This document shows positions 14,201 to 26,225 of a stretch of DNA of 64,000 nucleotides, piece after piece. The first letter of the stretch is position 1, and the number at the start of each line of letters is the position of its first letter. Below the pieces are notes generated by a model, which had not been told where the DNA came from, made no database searches, and saw nothing but the letters and a program-made list of their open reading frames with translations. The translations under genes were made by a program, and so were the position numbers. The stretch comes from Ophelia neglecta. Its lineage: Eukaryota. The stretch spans positions 16,616,001 through 16,680,000 of the forward strand of contig OZ260665.1 in the NCBI GenBank assembly GCA_965285935.1, written 5' to 3'.

Positions 14201-16357
14201 CGAATGAGGAACTGGCCAGTTCCTAGTTCCTATAGTTCGACTTTGTATTTCCAGATGTGCAAATAAAGGTGAAAAATCGCGTTGGCTTTGTGTCTAATAA
14301 CCATGGGAAGATTAGTCATCTTTGGAAGCTATTGAAAGTTGCCTGGAATGCTTAATTTGGCTATTTACTCTCAAGATCATTTCTAGATGGCCAATTTTGC
14401 ATGCTTTTTCCCGCAAATTTTATATCCCCTCCGACCTCGGCTGGCGGCCTTTTTCCCCTTAACTTTCCTTGATTCAGCTCGAATTATGAACTAGGAACTG
14501 CCAGCTCCTGGTTCACGGTTCATTATTCGCCGAGGGTGCTGGCGCCGGCAGCTCGCCCAGCGCTGCCGGTAAGAGCGGGAGGTCTGAGGGGGGTAGATAG
14601 TTCCGAGGAAAAAATATAAAATTGACCGTCTAGTAATGCTCCCCCGAGGGTTAAACAGCTAGAAAACATGATTACCCGTGGCAAAATATTCTCCGCGAAT
14701 AATGAACTAGGAACTGGCAGCTCCCGGTTCACGGTTCATTATTCGCCGAGGGTGCTGGAGCCGGCAGCTCGCCCAGCGCTGCCGGTAAGAGCGGGAGGTC
14801 CGAGAGGGGTAGATAGTTCCGAGGAAAAAATATAAAATTGACCGTCTAGTAATGATCCCCCGAGGGTTAAACAGCTAGAAAACATGATTACCCGTGGCAA
14901 AATTTTCTCGGCGAATAATGAACTAGGAACTGGCAGCTCCCGGTTCACGGTTCATTATTCGCCGAGGGTGCTGGAGCCGGCAGCTCACCCAGCGCTGCCG
15001 GTAAGAGCGGGAGGTCCGAGGGGGGTAGATAGTTCCGAGAAAAGGCGTGCAAAATTGACCGTCTAGTAATGATCCCCGGAGGGTTAAACGGCTAGAAAAC
15101 ATGATTACCCGTGGCAAAATTTTCTCGACGAATAATGAACTAGGAACTGGCAGCTCCCGGTTCACGGTTCATTATTCGCCGAGGGTGCTGGAGCCGGCAG
15201 CTCACCCAGCGCTGCCGGTAAGAGCGGGAGGTCCGAGGGGGGTAGATAGTTCCGAGAAAAGGCGTGCAAAATTGACCGTCTAGTAATGATCCCCAGAGGG
15301 CTAAACGGCTAGAAAACATGATTACCCGTGGCAAAATTTTCTCGACGAATAATGAACTAGGAACTGGCAGCTCCCGGTTTACGGTTCATTATTCGCCGAG
15401 GGTGCTGGAGCCGGCAGCTCACCCAGCGCTGCCGGTAAGAGCGGGAGGTCCGAGGGGGGTAGATAGTTCCGAGAAAAGGCGTGCAAAATTGACCGTCTAG
15501 TAATGATCCCCAGAGGGCTAAATGGCTAGAAAACATGATTACCCTTGGCAAAATTTTCTCGACGAATAATGAACTAGGAACTGGCAGCTCCCGGTTCACG
15601 GTTCATTATTCACCGAGGGTGCTGGAGCCGCCAGCTCACCCAGCGCTGCCGGTAAGGCCGGGAGGTCCGAGGGGGTTGAAAACTCGTTGAATGAAACATG
15701 AAAATCACACAACTAGAAGTGATTCTGGTGAGCTGAAAGGCCGAGACAAGACATTCTCGGATGAAAGAAAGTTAGTTTAAACGTATTTGTTAGGATTGAC
15801 CGAGTAGCGTGGAAGAAAATTCTCGAGAATGCACAGGGTCGGGGGCCAGAAGCTTTACCCCAGCTGTGCCGGTAAGAGCGGGAGGTCCGAGGGGGGTAGA
15901 TAGTTCCGAGAAAAGGCGTGCAAAATTGACCGTCTAGTAATGATCCCCGGAGGGTTAAACGCCTAGAAAACATGATTACCCGTGGCAAAATTTTCTCGAC
16001 GAAAATGAACTAGGAACTGACAGCTCCCGGTTCACGGTTCATTATTCACCGAGGGTGCTGGAGCCTCCAGCTCACCCAGCGCTGCCGGTAAGGCCGGGAG
16101 GTCCGAAGGGGGTAGAAAACTCGGTGAATAACAAGGAGGCGGTCAAAAATTCGGGAAAAAAACTTGTAAATTAACCGTGTAGAAATGATCTCCGGAAGGT
16201 AAAATGCCTAGAAAACGCTATAACCTGTAACAAAATTTCATCGCGAATAATGAACTAGAAACTGGAATAATGGTCCAACTTTACACCCAGTTCCTTATTC
16301 AGCTGAATCTGAATAATGAACCGTGAACCGTGAACCGGGAGCCAACTTTACGTTGCT
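11233..16357. mobile_element. Non-autonomous Foldback-type (MULE-like) transposon, 5,125 bp
   Basis: Starts agcaacgtaaagttggctcccgg and ends with its exact reverse complement; exact 9-bp direct flank aatacatta at 11224-11232 and 16358-16366; arms ~11233-12888 and ~14481-16357 made of ~217-bp subrepeats; no transposase ORF. Confidence 0.93.
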
Positions 16358-17043
16358 AATACATTATTGATAACAGCGAGCGTGCCAGCCCAAAAACTGA
16401 CAAAATCACAAAGTATTTGGCGTTTCATTGAAGAAATGCCGGGACAATTGCGTATCACCGAAAGACCGGGATAATATCGAGAGCCACTTTTGACAAATGA
16501 ATTATTTCCCGCGCTGAACATAAACAGTTTTGTTTGTGTTTGGTGTGGATGTGACAGGGAAAGATGGATGGGTTTGGCTGTCTGTCCGTATATTGACGGT
16601 GTTTGTGTAGTGACAGTTCCTCCTGGGAAACAGCGTACGATAGAGTGGCCCGGGGTTATGATATTTGTCTCGGGACACCAGAGGGTCTCGCGGGGTTCGG
16701 CCCCGACCCCCTGGTGGATCTAGGACTGATTGGGCGACCTATCGCCGGAACTCGTGGACCATTCCGGGCTGGGATCGGGTCAGAGGACTTTACTACAGGC
16801 CGACCCCTCGTATAGCTGCGGTTTCAATGCACCAGGAAGGATTAAAGTAAAAAAAATCGGCAGGCACGCTTGGTGCCAACAAACGGAATAAATCAAATGA
16901 ATAGGCAGTAAAACCGAGAACACACAACTCTACCTTAAAAAACGTACAATCAATAGAGAAAACAAGCCGGTATATACGGTTCTACATGTGTACATCGACC
17001 TGGTTTCTGTAGAACCCTATACTTGTTTGAAGCAAGGCCTATA

Positions 17044-17222
17044 CAGTGAAACCTGTCTAATCAGGTCAGTCAATGGACTGGAAAAAAATGACTAAATTAG
17101 ATAGGTGACCTTAATAGACAGGTCAGCTAACACAGGCATAAATGGGGATTGGGTTATTATGTATTGGCCTACGTAGATAGGTGACCTTATTTCACAGGTG
17201 ACCACAAACACAGGTTTCACTA
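17044..17222. mobile_element. Tc1/mariner-pogo-type MITE, family 2 (GGTCAC type)
   Basis: TA|cagtgaaacctg ... caggtttcacta|TA; reverse complement of copies at 36767 and 63688. Confidence 0.88.
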
Positions 17223-17325
17223 TATCTGTATACCACACGACTGCCCACACGAAGATAGGTCTAGAACAAGCCTGTTCACGTGAAGTTAATTTGATCAAGG
17301 CTCACGTTTTCTGCTATACACAATA

Positions 17326-17503
17326 CAGTGAAACCTGTGAATTGAGACCACCCAGGGGACTACAAAATACTGGTCTGATTATGGAGGTGGTCTGATTAGA
17401 CAGGTTAATTAACATTGAAAGTGCACATTAGGGTATTCACATTATTGGCCTGAATTGGCATGTGGTCTGAATACGGAGGTGGTCTTTATTGCAGGTTTCA
17501 CTG
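17326..17503. mobile_element. MITE family 1 (opposite orientation to 8470 copy)
   Basis: TA|cagtgaaacctg ... caggtttcactg|TA; 178 bp. Confidence 0.93.
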
Positions 17504-17574
17504 TATTTAATATTCAACTGTATATATAGGCCTAAAGGCCTAGTATACACCAAAACCATGAACTGATTATATAT

Positions 17575-17760
17575 GGAAAAGTCGGCGAATTTCACGCAAT
17601 TATTTATTTCGCGCGGAAGTCGGCTAATTTCACGCAGGAAGTATGCTGATTCCGTGTACAGTGTATAAATGCAGGCATTTTTTTTTATCTCCGCGCAGTA
17701 AGTAGCCTTATTCCGCGCACATTGTGCACGGAATAAGGCTACTTACTGCGCGGCTTTATT
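17575..17760. repeat. Dispersed repeat of the ttattccgcgca family, with a 63-bp palindrome
   Basis: Shares gcgcagtaagtag..ttattcc.cgca and aaaaatgc..tacactgt blocks with 59215-59340; relatives at ~35860 and ~54690. Confidence 0.75.
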
Positions 17761-17991
17761 GGCCAATACAATCTAGGTCCCATGTTAATGTGATAGTTAA
17801 TCCCGTCAAGGTGCATGATGACCAGCGTATTAATCACTCTATAGAATTATATATAAACAAGTGAAAAGCTAGTCAGAAAAAAGTAGTAAAGTAGGGACAT
17901 TATTATCCTAGCTTTCTCTGGATAACAGTGATTATCATGGCATTTAGACATCGGCTGGGGTCGTGTCCTACGGTAAAAGCCTTGTAATATG

Positions 17992-18152
17992 CAGTGGTCC
18001 CTCCGATGAAGGGACTCCCTCAGACCACAGGACATTTTCAATGACCATGTCCTTTCTTTCCTATGTTAATGTCCCTCTGATGAAGGGACACCTGCTATGT
18101 AGGGACACTTTTACTTGGATTTAGGGGTGTCCCTACATCGCAGGGACCACTG
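17992..18152. mobile_element. Tc1/mariner-pogo-type MITE, family 3 (GGGACAC type)
   Basis: 24-bp TIR cagtggtccctccgatgaagggac / gtccctacatcgcagggaccactg (2 mismatches); right flank TA, left flank TG. Confidence 0.85.
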
Positions 18153-20670
18153 TACTATCAACAGGGTCAATACCGCCAAAAGAAAGACATCGGGCAGGGG
18201 AGTATTCTGGTGAACAGTCCTTAAAATATAACGTGAATCACGTCGTACCGCGAGATAATATATATATATATATATGCCTGCGTGATCATTAACACCTAGT
18301 TCAATTTGAGTATGAATCAATGATCTTGACTTTAATCAAATAAAAAAAATTGGCTTTTTAAAAGTCCTATTTCCTGTTAGCCCTAGACAGAGCGGTTTTT
18401 GCCAACGACAAAAGAATTCTTTAAGTGTCCCGATAAACATCTCTCATAACAGGCACGTTTAAACCGTTTAAACAGGACCTCCGCATTGTCTGAAATCAGA
18501 ATACTTTGTTGTGAAACTAAACACCTCAATTTAAATTTGTCCATCCGTAAAATCGGACTACATATGTCTAATAGCAAATGATTTGTTAAAATGGGACATA
18601 GAAGCACGATGTGGCCTGATGTTTTGATACAGACATTCCAATAGGCTGCGTCACACGTCTCCACTGATTTGAAATCTGAAATGAGTCTGCCAAGCCTGCT
18701 TAATTGATTACGAATTATGCGAGTTCTGAAGCCGTTTGACTGGCTAAAGATGATTTTCACGAATCTTTCTAGGCTATCATATTTAAAGTAGCCTCACCTG
18801 TTCTTTCTCGGGGACATTTCATTCAATCCTTAGACGACCCTTGCAGATGCTGTCTGATTTGTTGTTGTATCTCGATTATCAACCGTTACATAACACAGTT
18901 CGCACGTTGTCCGCCAGATGCCACTGGGGCGCTCTCGTCTGCACATCAATGGCGGAATATTTTCTCCAAATTTCTCATTTTCTCGCCAATCGCTGGCAAA
19001 TTACATCGAAATGACCTCGTTTTGTTAGCTGGGCTTTCCATAATCGAGCTCGGAACTTGATTTACTTATGAGTCATGTTTTTCTCCTTCAAGTTGTGTCT
19101 ATTTGGCCGAGTTATTTAAGGAAATTCGGATGACAACAGTCTGTAATGGCCGCGCGCCGATCGCCGGCCTTGTAGCTCTACCAAAACGGATTATCGTCGG
19201 TAATATGATTTTGGCCAAATGTTTCCTTCTGTCACTGCATTCTGACTAACCGGATTTGGTCCATTAAATCTCCGACGGCCTCTCGGCTCCGGGTTAGCGG
19301 CGAATAACGACATTTTAGTCACGACTCGGGGACAAACACGACTACCAGTCCCCTTGTATAGTCTTGCCAGGTGCAGAACCAACATGCAAATTATATGTTG
19401 CTGAATCTCACGTTTAGCGAGGTTGAATCATATTTTGTGGTAATTTCTATAATTTGAGCGGACCCCCCGCGAAGTGAAGTGGGGTAATTTTCACAATATG
19501 TGTCTTTTCACTGGGACAGGGTCAGTACAAAACTCAGCTAGTACTATTATACAGACGACAAACCCGGGGTCCAACCCTGACCCCCGCCGCACCAGGTAGC
19601 CGAAAACTGTATTTAATACACTTACAAACGCCCCATCCTAACCACCATTTACCGACCTAACATTGTCACTACTGTAACTGATAACAGACAGCCGAATCTC
19701 AAACCACAAAGTGTTTTTATTCCACAATATAAAGCGAAGAATTCAATACAAATGTCATAGACTATCATCGTAATGCTCTCGGCTATTGGCCCTTCTGACC
19801 GAATCGGCATGCAGTTCCTTAGCTAATTATATCAGTAGACAATTTTCTGACAGTTTTTACTACAAAGAAATATAAAATTAACACCATGTTCTATGAGAAA
19901 TAATGCTATTTCCTAAACGTACTTGAGCCACCCAATCTAATGGATTCAGAGAAAACTTTAAACTGATTCAGTTACCTCAATGTTTTTTTTTCTTTCTCAC
20001 AACAAAGTCATGCTAGACACCACTGTCTACTAGTCCCCTTGAATCGAAAACTGTTTTTGAGCATGCATATAACGACAACTGTCAGCCATTTCCTATCAAA
20101 TCAACCCCAAATCCAACATATACCTTTATAATTAACACAAAGGTTGTCAAATACGAGTGTACTTACCATTTGCGGCAGTAATACTCCCATGTTTGTAGGA
20201 GACACTGACTAGCAGACGTAATGTTGTAGCGTCTACGAGACGCTGACCTAGTTTTTGAAGAATGTTTATGTTTTTTTATGCTTTTCAATGTTCGCCGTGT
20301 CGTTTCAAACATAACGTAACTGGCAGTTTATGCATGAATCATAGGACAAACAGGGTGCGGAGAGATTTAAGCGGGCTCAAAGGCCGCCTAACTGGCAAAT
20401 AGTGTACTTTGATAGTTAAGAATATCAGTTGACATGGGTTAAAAAGTATATCCGAGATAAATATACGACAAAACGAACGGTGGGAAGTTAAGATCAAACA
20501 TTATCGCTGGGGTTGAGGGTGTCAGACACTGTCTGGATTGTGTAAGTCGTCTGGTGTAGTGAATGGTGGCGGGAAACTTGGGGACGGACTAAACAACTAT
20601 GTATAGGATAAGAGGGGGGGGGGGAGGAGGGAAGGGGGCGGCGGCCAGGGGGTCACAGAGGATCGAGGGG

Positions 20671-21020
20671 CCCGGGGGGGGGGGTACTCACTAATTGGAG
20701 GTAGGTAGGTAGGCTCCGCTGGAATGACCCCCCCCCCTTTTTCAGGTCACATAGAATTTTGATACCTACTTTTTGCATGCAACATAGGATTTTGACCCCC
20801 TGTTTTCACTCAACATAGAATTTAGCCCCTCATTTTTAATGATACAACAATTTTGACCCATATTTTTTTTGAAAAACAAAGATTTTTGACCCCTGTTTTT
20901 CCGAAAAAAAACATAGAATTTAGACCCCCATTTTTACAACAGACAGAATTTAGACCCCCCATTTTGAACCTTCCGGGGAGCCTACCTACCCACTTTGGGC
21001 CCGAGTACTTCCCCCCCGGG
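20671..21020. mobile_element. CCC(G)n-terminated MITE (CMC/EnSpm-like), 350 bp
   Basis: cccggg(g)ntactc ... gagtacttcccccccggg; subterminal inverted ggtaggtaggctcc/ggagcctacctacc; internal ~30-bp catagaattttgacccc repeats; gg on both flanks. Superfamily assignment is inferred. Confidence 0.75.
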
Positions 21021-23250
21021 GGGAGGGTTTGTGAGGGTAGCAGCTTACGGGAACTGAGGAGCAGTGGGGGTGGGGTGGTACAATCTCTCGGGGAGAGAGT
21101 GGGTGGAGTGGAGTCTCTCGCAGATTGAGGGTGGCTGTCGGCTCCCGGGGAGTGGGGGTGGAGGCTCCCGGGGAGTTAGGGGTGGGGGTGGGGGTGAAAG
21201 TTCTCGAGGACTGAGGGGGAAGGAGTATTTTCTCGGTGACAGAGGCTAGTTCATATGGGTATATTTCTTACCACCTCTAAATCAGAACCTACATTAAACA
21301 CGGATGTCTGTAATTGGGAGGGTATCGCCCCACCTCTCTAGTTACCCGCCTCGACATCCGACCTCTATTACACAGACATCAATCTGTACACTAAAGCCTC
21401 AAGCAGAGTTCCTGCGCTCGGCCGGCTTTGTCGGTTGCGCAAAACCATCACATCCTTTCATAACCATTTGTCCGTGTTTGAAAAGAATGGCGATTTGACG
21501 TTTTTCTGTCCTCTATTCATAATATTTAGGTGATATTCACTAGAGTGTCCTTCGGCTTAAAAAAGGGCACAGATGTCGTAAAACTCAGGTTTCATACCTA
21601 TTAAACGGAGGAACGTTTACAAAAAGACCGGGTTCTCAGTACATTTAACCGCTTTCAGAGTGATAGGACAGAGTATGTCGTTACCTTGGGAGTTTTACGG
21701 CGGCCTAGTCCTCCGACGGCGTATATCTGACGGGGACAGGTGCCACCTCTTCCCGGTAACAAGGGAGCATCGAGCCCCTGTGCAGGCCGCTCGCGAGGCC
21801 CCTCGCTGGCCAGGTATGCCGGGATAAATAACGAGGCTGATGATAGCCAGGGACACTAATAACCTATTTATAACGACCCACACACTCTAGATATGATAGT
21901 TACATACTAAATAGTTCGGCACCTAACAGCCCCCCCCCCCTCCCCTTAGTGATAGTGCACGGTTTAGATACGGAGAAATCTCCCAAATAACTAGGGTCGA
22001 CACTCAATAATACAGGCTTCCGAATTCACGCGCAAAAGCATTTAGCAACCATGGACACTTTCATAGGGAAAAAATGTGAATCAAATTTGCAGCCTATATT
22101 CACTTAAAAGAATCTAGGCTATGGGTTTTATAACCTATATAGCCGCTATGAAATATTTAGATTCACGAATAGTGCTTACATCATCAGGGTTCAAAATATT
22201 TGTTGAAAATATGAGTTGATGTCGACAGTTTGTCAGATATCAGGGTATGGGACACCCATTCCATGCTGTATGGCGCATTTGGAGGGAACTGGTGTAAAAG
22301 AAAATCATGCCCTGACGCCAGTTTCCCGCCAAAAAAAAAGTCGTCTGCAAATCAATCAAAAACTAATGCATGGTGGTATAGCAACTAAAGTACGACCACG
22401 ATAGACAAAGGGCTTCCGTTTGTTTCATTTTTACTCATTTATCATGACTTCTGGTAATTTTTAACTAAAATACGGATGCTGTAGGTACAATTGACTGTCT
22501 GGAGAGCTGGAATGTCCTAAGAGCTGGGTAGTTAAGTAGTTGTTTTTGAAGTTTTGAGTTCTAGAACCCTTGCCGTTGGTGCTGGCCACCCCACTCATCT
22601 CGCTTGGTCTCTTTAGAGTAGATCGCTCAGTATAACATGGCTCTGAGTCCCTTGAAGTGGACCCTCCTCCCCATGGGTCACCCTCTTTGGGCAAACAGGC
22701 AACCCGTGCAGAGGATGGTCAACTTCAAGGGCCTCAGAGTCGAATTATGACGACCGGGTTGTTTTAAACTGATAAATTATATGAGTGAGTGTGGGCAGCA
22801 CCCCCGAGACTGGTTCTATCGTGGTTAGCTGGGTAAGGAGACAGTGACAAACCGCCCGCCCTTGACTTGTACACACGTACGACACGCCCTCCAAGTCACT
22901 TGACTGAGGAGGGAGCCACTTGCCCCGCAGAGGGAGCCACTTAGCCCTCTGAGGACCAAGTAACAAGTGATATGCCCTCGTCTTGTGTGGGGTCCTACTC
23001 TGAAAACTTCTAATCCAATTAGCTCTGACAGTTCGCCCTATGTATCAACCATCAGGGACAAAAAGACAATAACACTTAGCGCCATTTTAACTGCACAGGC
23101 CCATTTTTTATATTTGTGGAGAAGCGGTTGTCTTTGTTGATTGGCTGGCTGAACCTCGTACTAAGTGGTCAGAGAGGGGTAGCCACGTGACACAGTTTGC
23201 CCCGGTTATCCCTACCCTATTTATAAGCGAGTGTGGACTTCTGTCTAACT

Positions 23251-23312
23251 CCAGCTCGTCCCGGGCTGCCCCAGCTCGTCCCGGGCTGCCCCATCTCGCC
23301 CTGGCCTGCCCC
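23251..23312. repeat. 20-bp tandem repeat x3
   Basis: ccagctcgtcccgggctgcc x2 plus a diverged third copy. Confidence 0.8.
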
Positions 23313-23721
23313 TCAGTACCCTATAATACCATTAAGCCCCCCATTTTGCCATAACAGGGACCATTTAATAACCAACCCGCACCAAATCGTCCGGAATTAA
23401 GCCAAGGAGTCACCGGCCATGATTGCATTAACTAAATTTCATGTGTGATGGCGCCCCGGCCCTGGTCTCCCCAGAGACGGGCCCCAGTTCTGGCGGTTTA
23501 AGGGCCTCCCAGGGATAGGAGCTGAGGACGTTTGATGCGGCCGTTTGTCGGGGGTCGGTGGGGTATCATATTAAAATCATGGCGTGTCTTATCATCGGAA
23601 TGAATCGCTAAGTACGAGATTCGGCGAGATTCGGCGAGATAGTACAAATCGAACTGTCAGCCGCGGTCCCCGCGGGGTCAGGTCTCAAACTACAAACATG
23701 TCACTTCTAAGGGCAAGGGGA

Positions 23722-23960
23722 GGAAGGATGGGGCGGGGGAGGTTCTGAGGGGGGGGGAGGGGTGGAAGGATGGGGCGGGGGAGGTTGTGAGGGGGGGGGG
23801 GCAAGGGATGGAAGGATGGGGCGGGGGAGGTTGTAAGGGGGGGAATGGAAGGATGGGGGCGGGGGAGGTTGTGAGGGGGGGGGGAGGGATGGAAGGATGG
23901 GACGGGGGAGGTTGTGAGCGGGGGGGGGGGGGGTTTAAAGAGTTGTGGGGGGGGGGATGG
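23722..23960. repeat. G-rich ~40-bp minisatellite
   Basis: ggaaggatggggcgggggaggttgtgag(g)n, about 5-6 copies. Confidence 0.85.
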
Positions 23961-23962
23961 GC

Positions 23963-23963
<1 letters not shown>

Positions 23964-24038
<75 letters not shown>
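23964..24038. repeat. (GA)n microsatellite, ~37 units
   Basis: Perfect dinucleotide run. Confidence 0.98.
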
Positions 24039-24042
<4 letters not shown>

Positions 24043-25988
24043 AGGGCGGGCGAAGGACGCGGTGGGGTGGGGTGCGAAGGTGCGGTGGGGTGGCGTGGCG
24101 TGGCGTGAGTAGGGGGAATGTGGGGTAAGGTCGCGATGAGATGTGGTGAGAGTTAGATGGAGAAAAAGTTATACACCGATTAGTTTAAAATGAAGACATA
24201 TCCGATTTATATATTACATATCATCAAAAAAGAAAATTAAATAAACTAGACCCTGAAGATGTCATATGGAGAGATAGGGCTATATATATATAGGCCATGG
24301 TGCTGGTCCCTGCCTGACGAGAGGGGCCACTCCTGGCCCCTTCTCCGGGTACAAGGCGCTCTGGTCCGTCTCTATGGTGAGGGGCACACCCCACGTCTTC
24401 CCAACACAGGCCGACCTCTATAAGTCTGCATCCCTCGCCGGTCGATACCCACTGGCGATGCATACAGCCGTCCCATGTCCAAGACATTAGTAAGCCAGTC
24501 ACGATCTGGCCCTCTGTACCAATTTCTCCTAGTCGGTGATCCGGTTCTTGTTTAGCCGTGTATTACCAGTTTTTACGACATCCCCTGACCCGGGATCAAT
24601 CGAACACGGCCGGGCCGGGCTCACCCGGCCCCCGGCCATCACCCATCACCCGCCCGGGCGGTGATAAACTGCCCCCCTACACCAGACTGACACAGCTAGG
24701 AGCTGGAGACCAACTCCTCAGAGTCCCACTGACATCTCTAAGTCCTCCGGAAACTCCAGGAATGGCCGCACGGACAACCAGAATTCGGAGAAGGTCGCTA
24801 TTAAACATATTTCTTACGACACCTCATCAATCAACCCCGCTTTTCTCCGTCATTAGTACATTTAAATGTCGAACACACTGGAATAATTGTCGACTAACGT
24901 TAGGTACTCGTTAGTGAACACAAATATAACAAATCTAAATAAATAAGCTTTATTTTATCAAGGGATTACCCTGTTATCCTATTAGTATCAATGGTTTTCT
25001 CTTTCGCTTGGCAATTTCAAACCCAAATGTCTACTGTAGATTTTATAGCCATGACCCCATAACCTGACCTATATATATAAAAACATGTGTATTAGAAATT
25101 TGCATAAATATTGATAGAAACTAGAGTGGTATTTGTTCAATGTTCTTCTTGCAATGAATGACAAGGCAAATAGTTTTGCTTCTGTATGGTATCGGCATGA
25201 AATTGAGGACAAGTTATTTAAATAAATATTTCCTAGAAAATTGAAACTCTAAAAGATCTGTACCCGATGTAATTACAACATATTCCATTTTTCTTTTCGC
25301 TGATAGTATGATCATCGACATAAGATTTATTTCAGTCATTCCGGTATTTCACTAAGACGGACCCGCTTTGTTCCTTCGAATCAATGTTCTAGTTCTTTCT
25401 ATATATATACACGCTATAGATTAAAAATGACAGTTATATTTTTTCGAGTCTCTCTCGTTCTATATGGCCCTGTATAGATAGCACCGGTTTATTTTTTCGG
25501 GTCTCTACATTTTTCAGTTACATTTTGTAGGCCTTCGCACCACAATGACGACCACGATTTAAAAATGCAGATTAAATTATAGTATATTTATAGGTTCAGC
25601 CCAGTAGATTTCATCAAGTTGACTCAAATAAAATAAACTATAGTTAGGCCTATGCATCAAGTGGCATTTATGTTGCCAAGGCAACCATGCCATACGCTAA
25701 ATGTACTAAACCACATAATATCCATTGGATATATAATTGAGATAATAATTATCTCAATTTTATCTACTGAACTTTAATAAATTAGCTAAATTATTGTTGA
25801 CGTGTATAATGGGTAAACCTGCAGGTGTATTTATGTGTCTTACACATCACTGGTGTAACGGAAAGGCGAGTGTCTGACTGGTGTCTCGGAATCCTGGCCC
25901 AATCAGGCCCCAGTATCGAAATACTGGTGCTTTTCGTCCTTGGGAATTACTAGACTAGGACTTTTGAGTCCAGGGGACTTAAAAACAA

Positions 25989-26225
25989 TGCCCAGTTTCT
26001 AGAAGCTGAACTTGGTTTTTGGAGTAGATTCGACTATTATCAATAATTCTGAGACCGCGATAATCTGTGTTTCCATTGACCAGGATGAAGTTTAAGACTA
26101 AAATGGCTAGATTTAAGACCAAATCCAGCTTTCAGAAACCCTGATGAGCATTTAAGACAGATTGAACACTTGAATACGGTTTTTAATCCGAGTTGAGAGT
26201 TAATAGCGCTTCCAGAAACCGGAAG
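25989..26225. mobile_element. PIF/Harbinger-like MITE, diverged copy
   Basis: Core tttccattgacc.ggat.aagtttaagac...tttaagaccaaatccagctt is the reverse complement of 55001-55225; right flank cag. Confidence 0.65.

Noticed and set aside
11422-15988. Repeated 60-90 aa ORFs (MNRELPVPSS.., MITRGKIFS..)
   Set aside because: Translations of the 217-bp foldback subrepeat on both strands; no transposase motifs.
18383-18760. 125-aa minus-strand ORF
   Set aside because: No recognisable domain; length is within chance for 64 kb.
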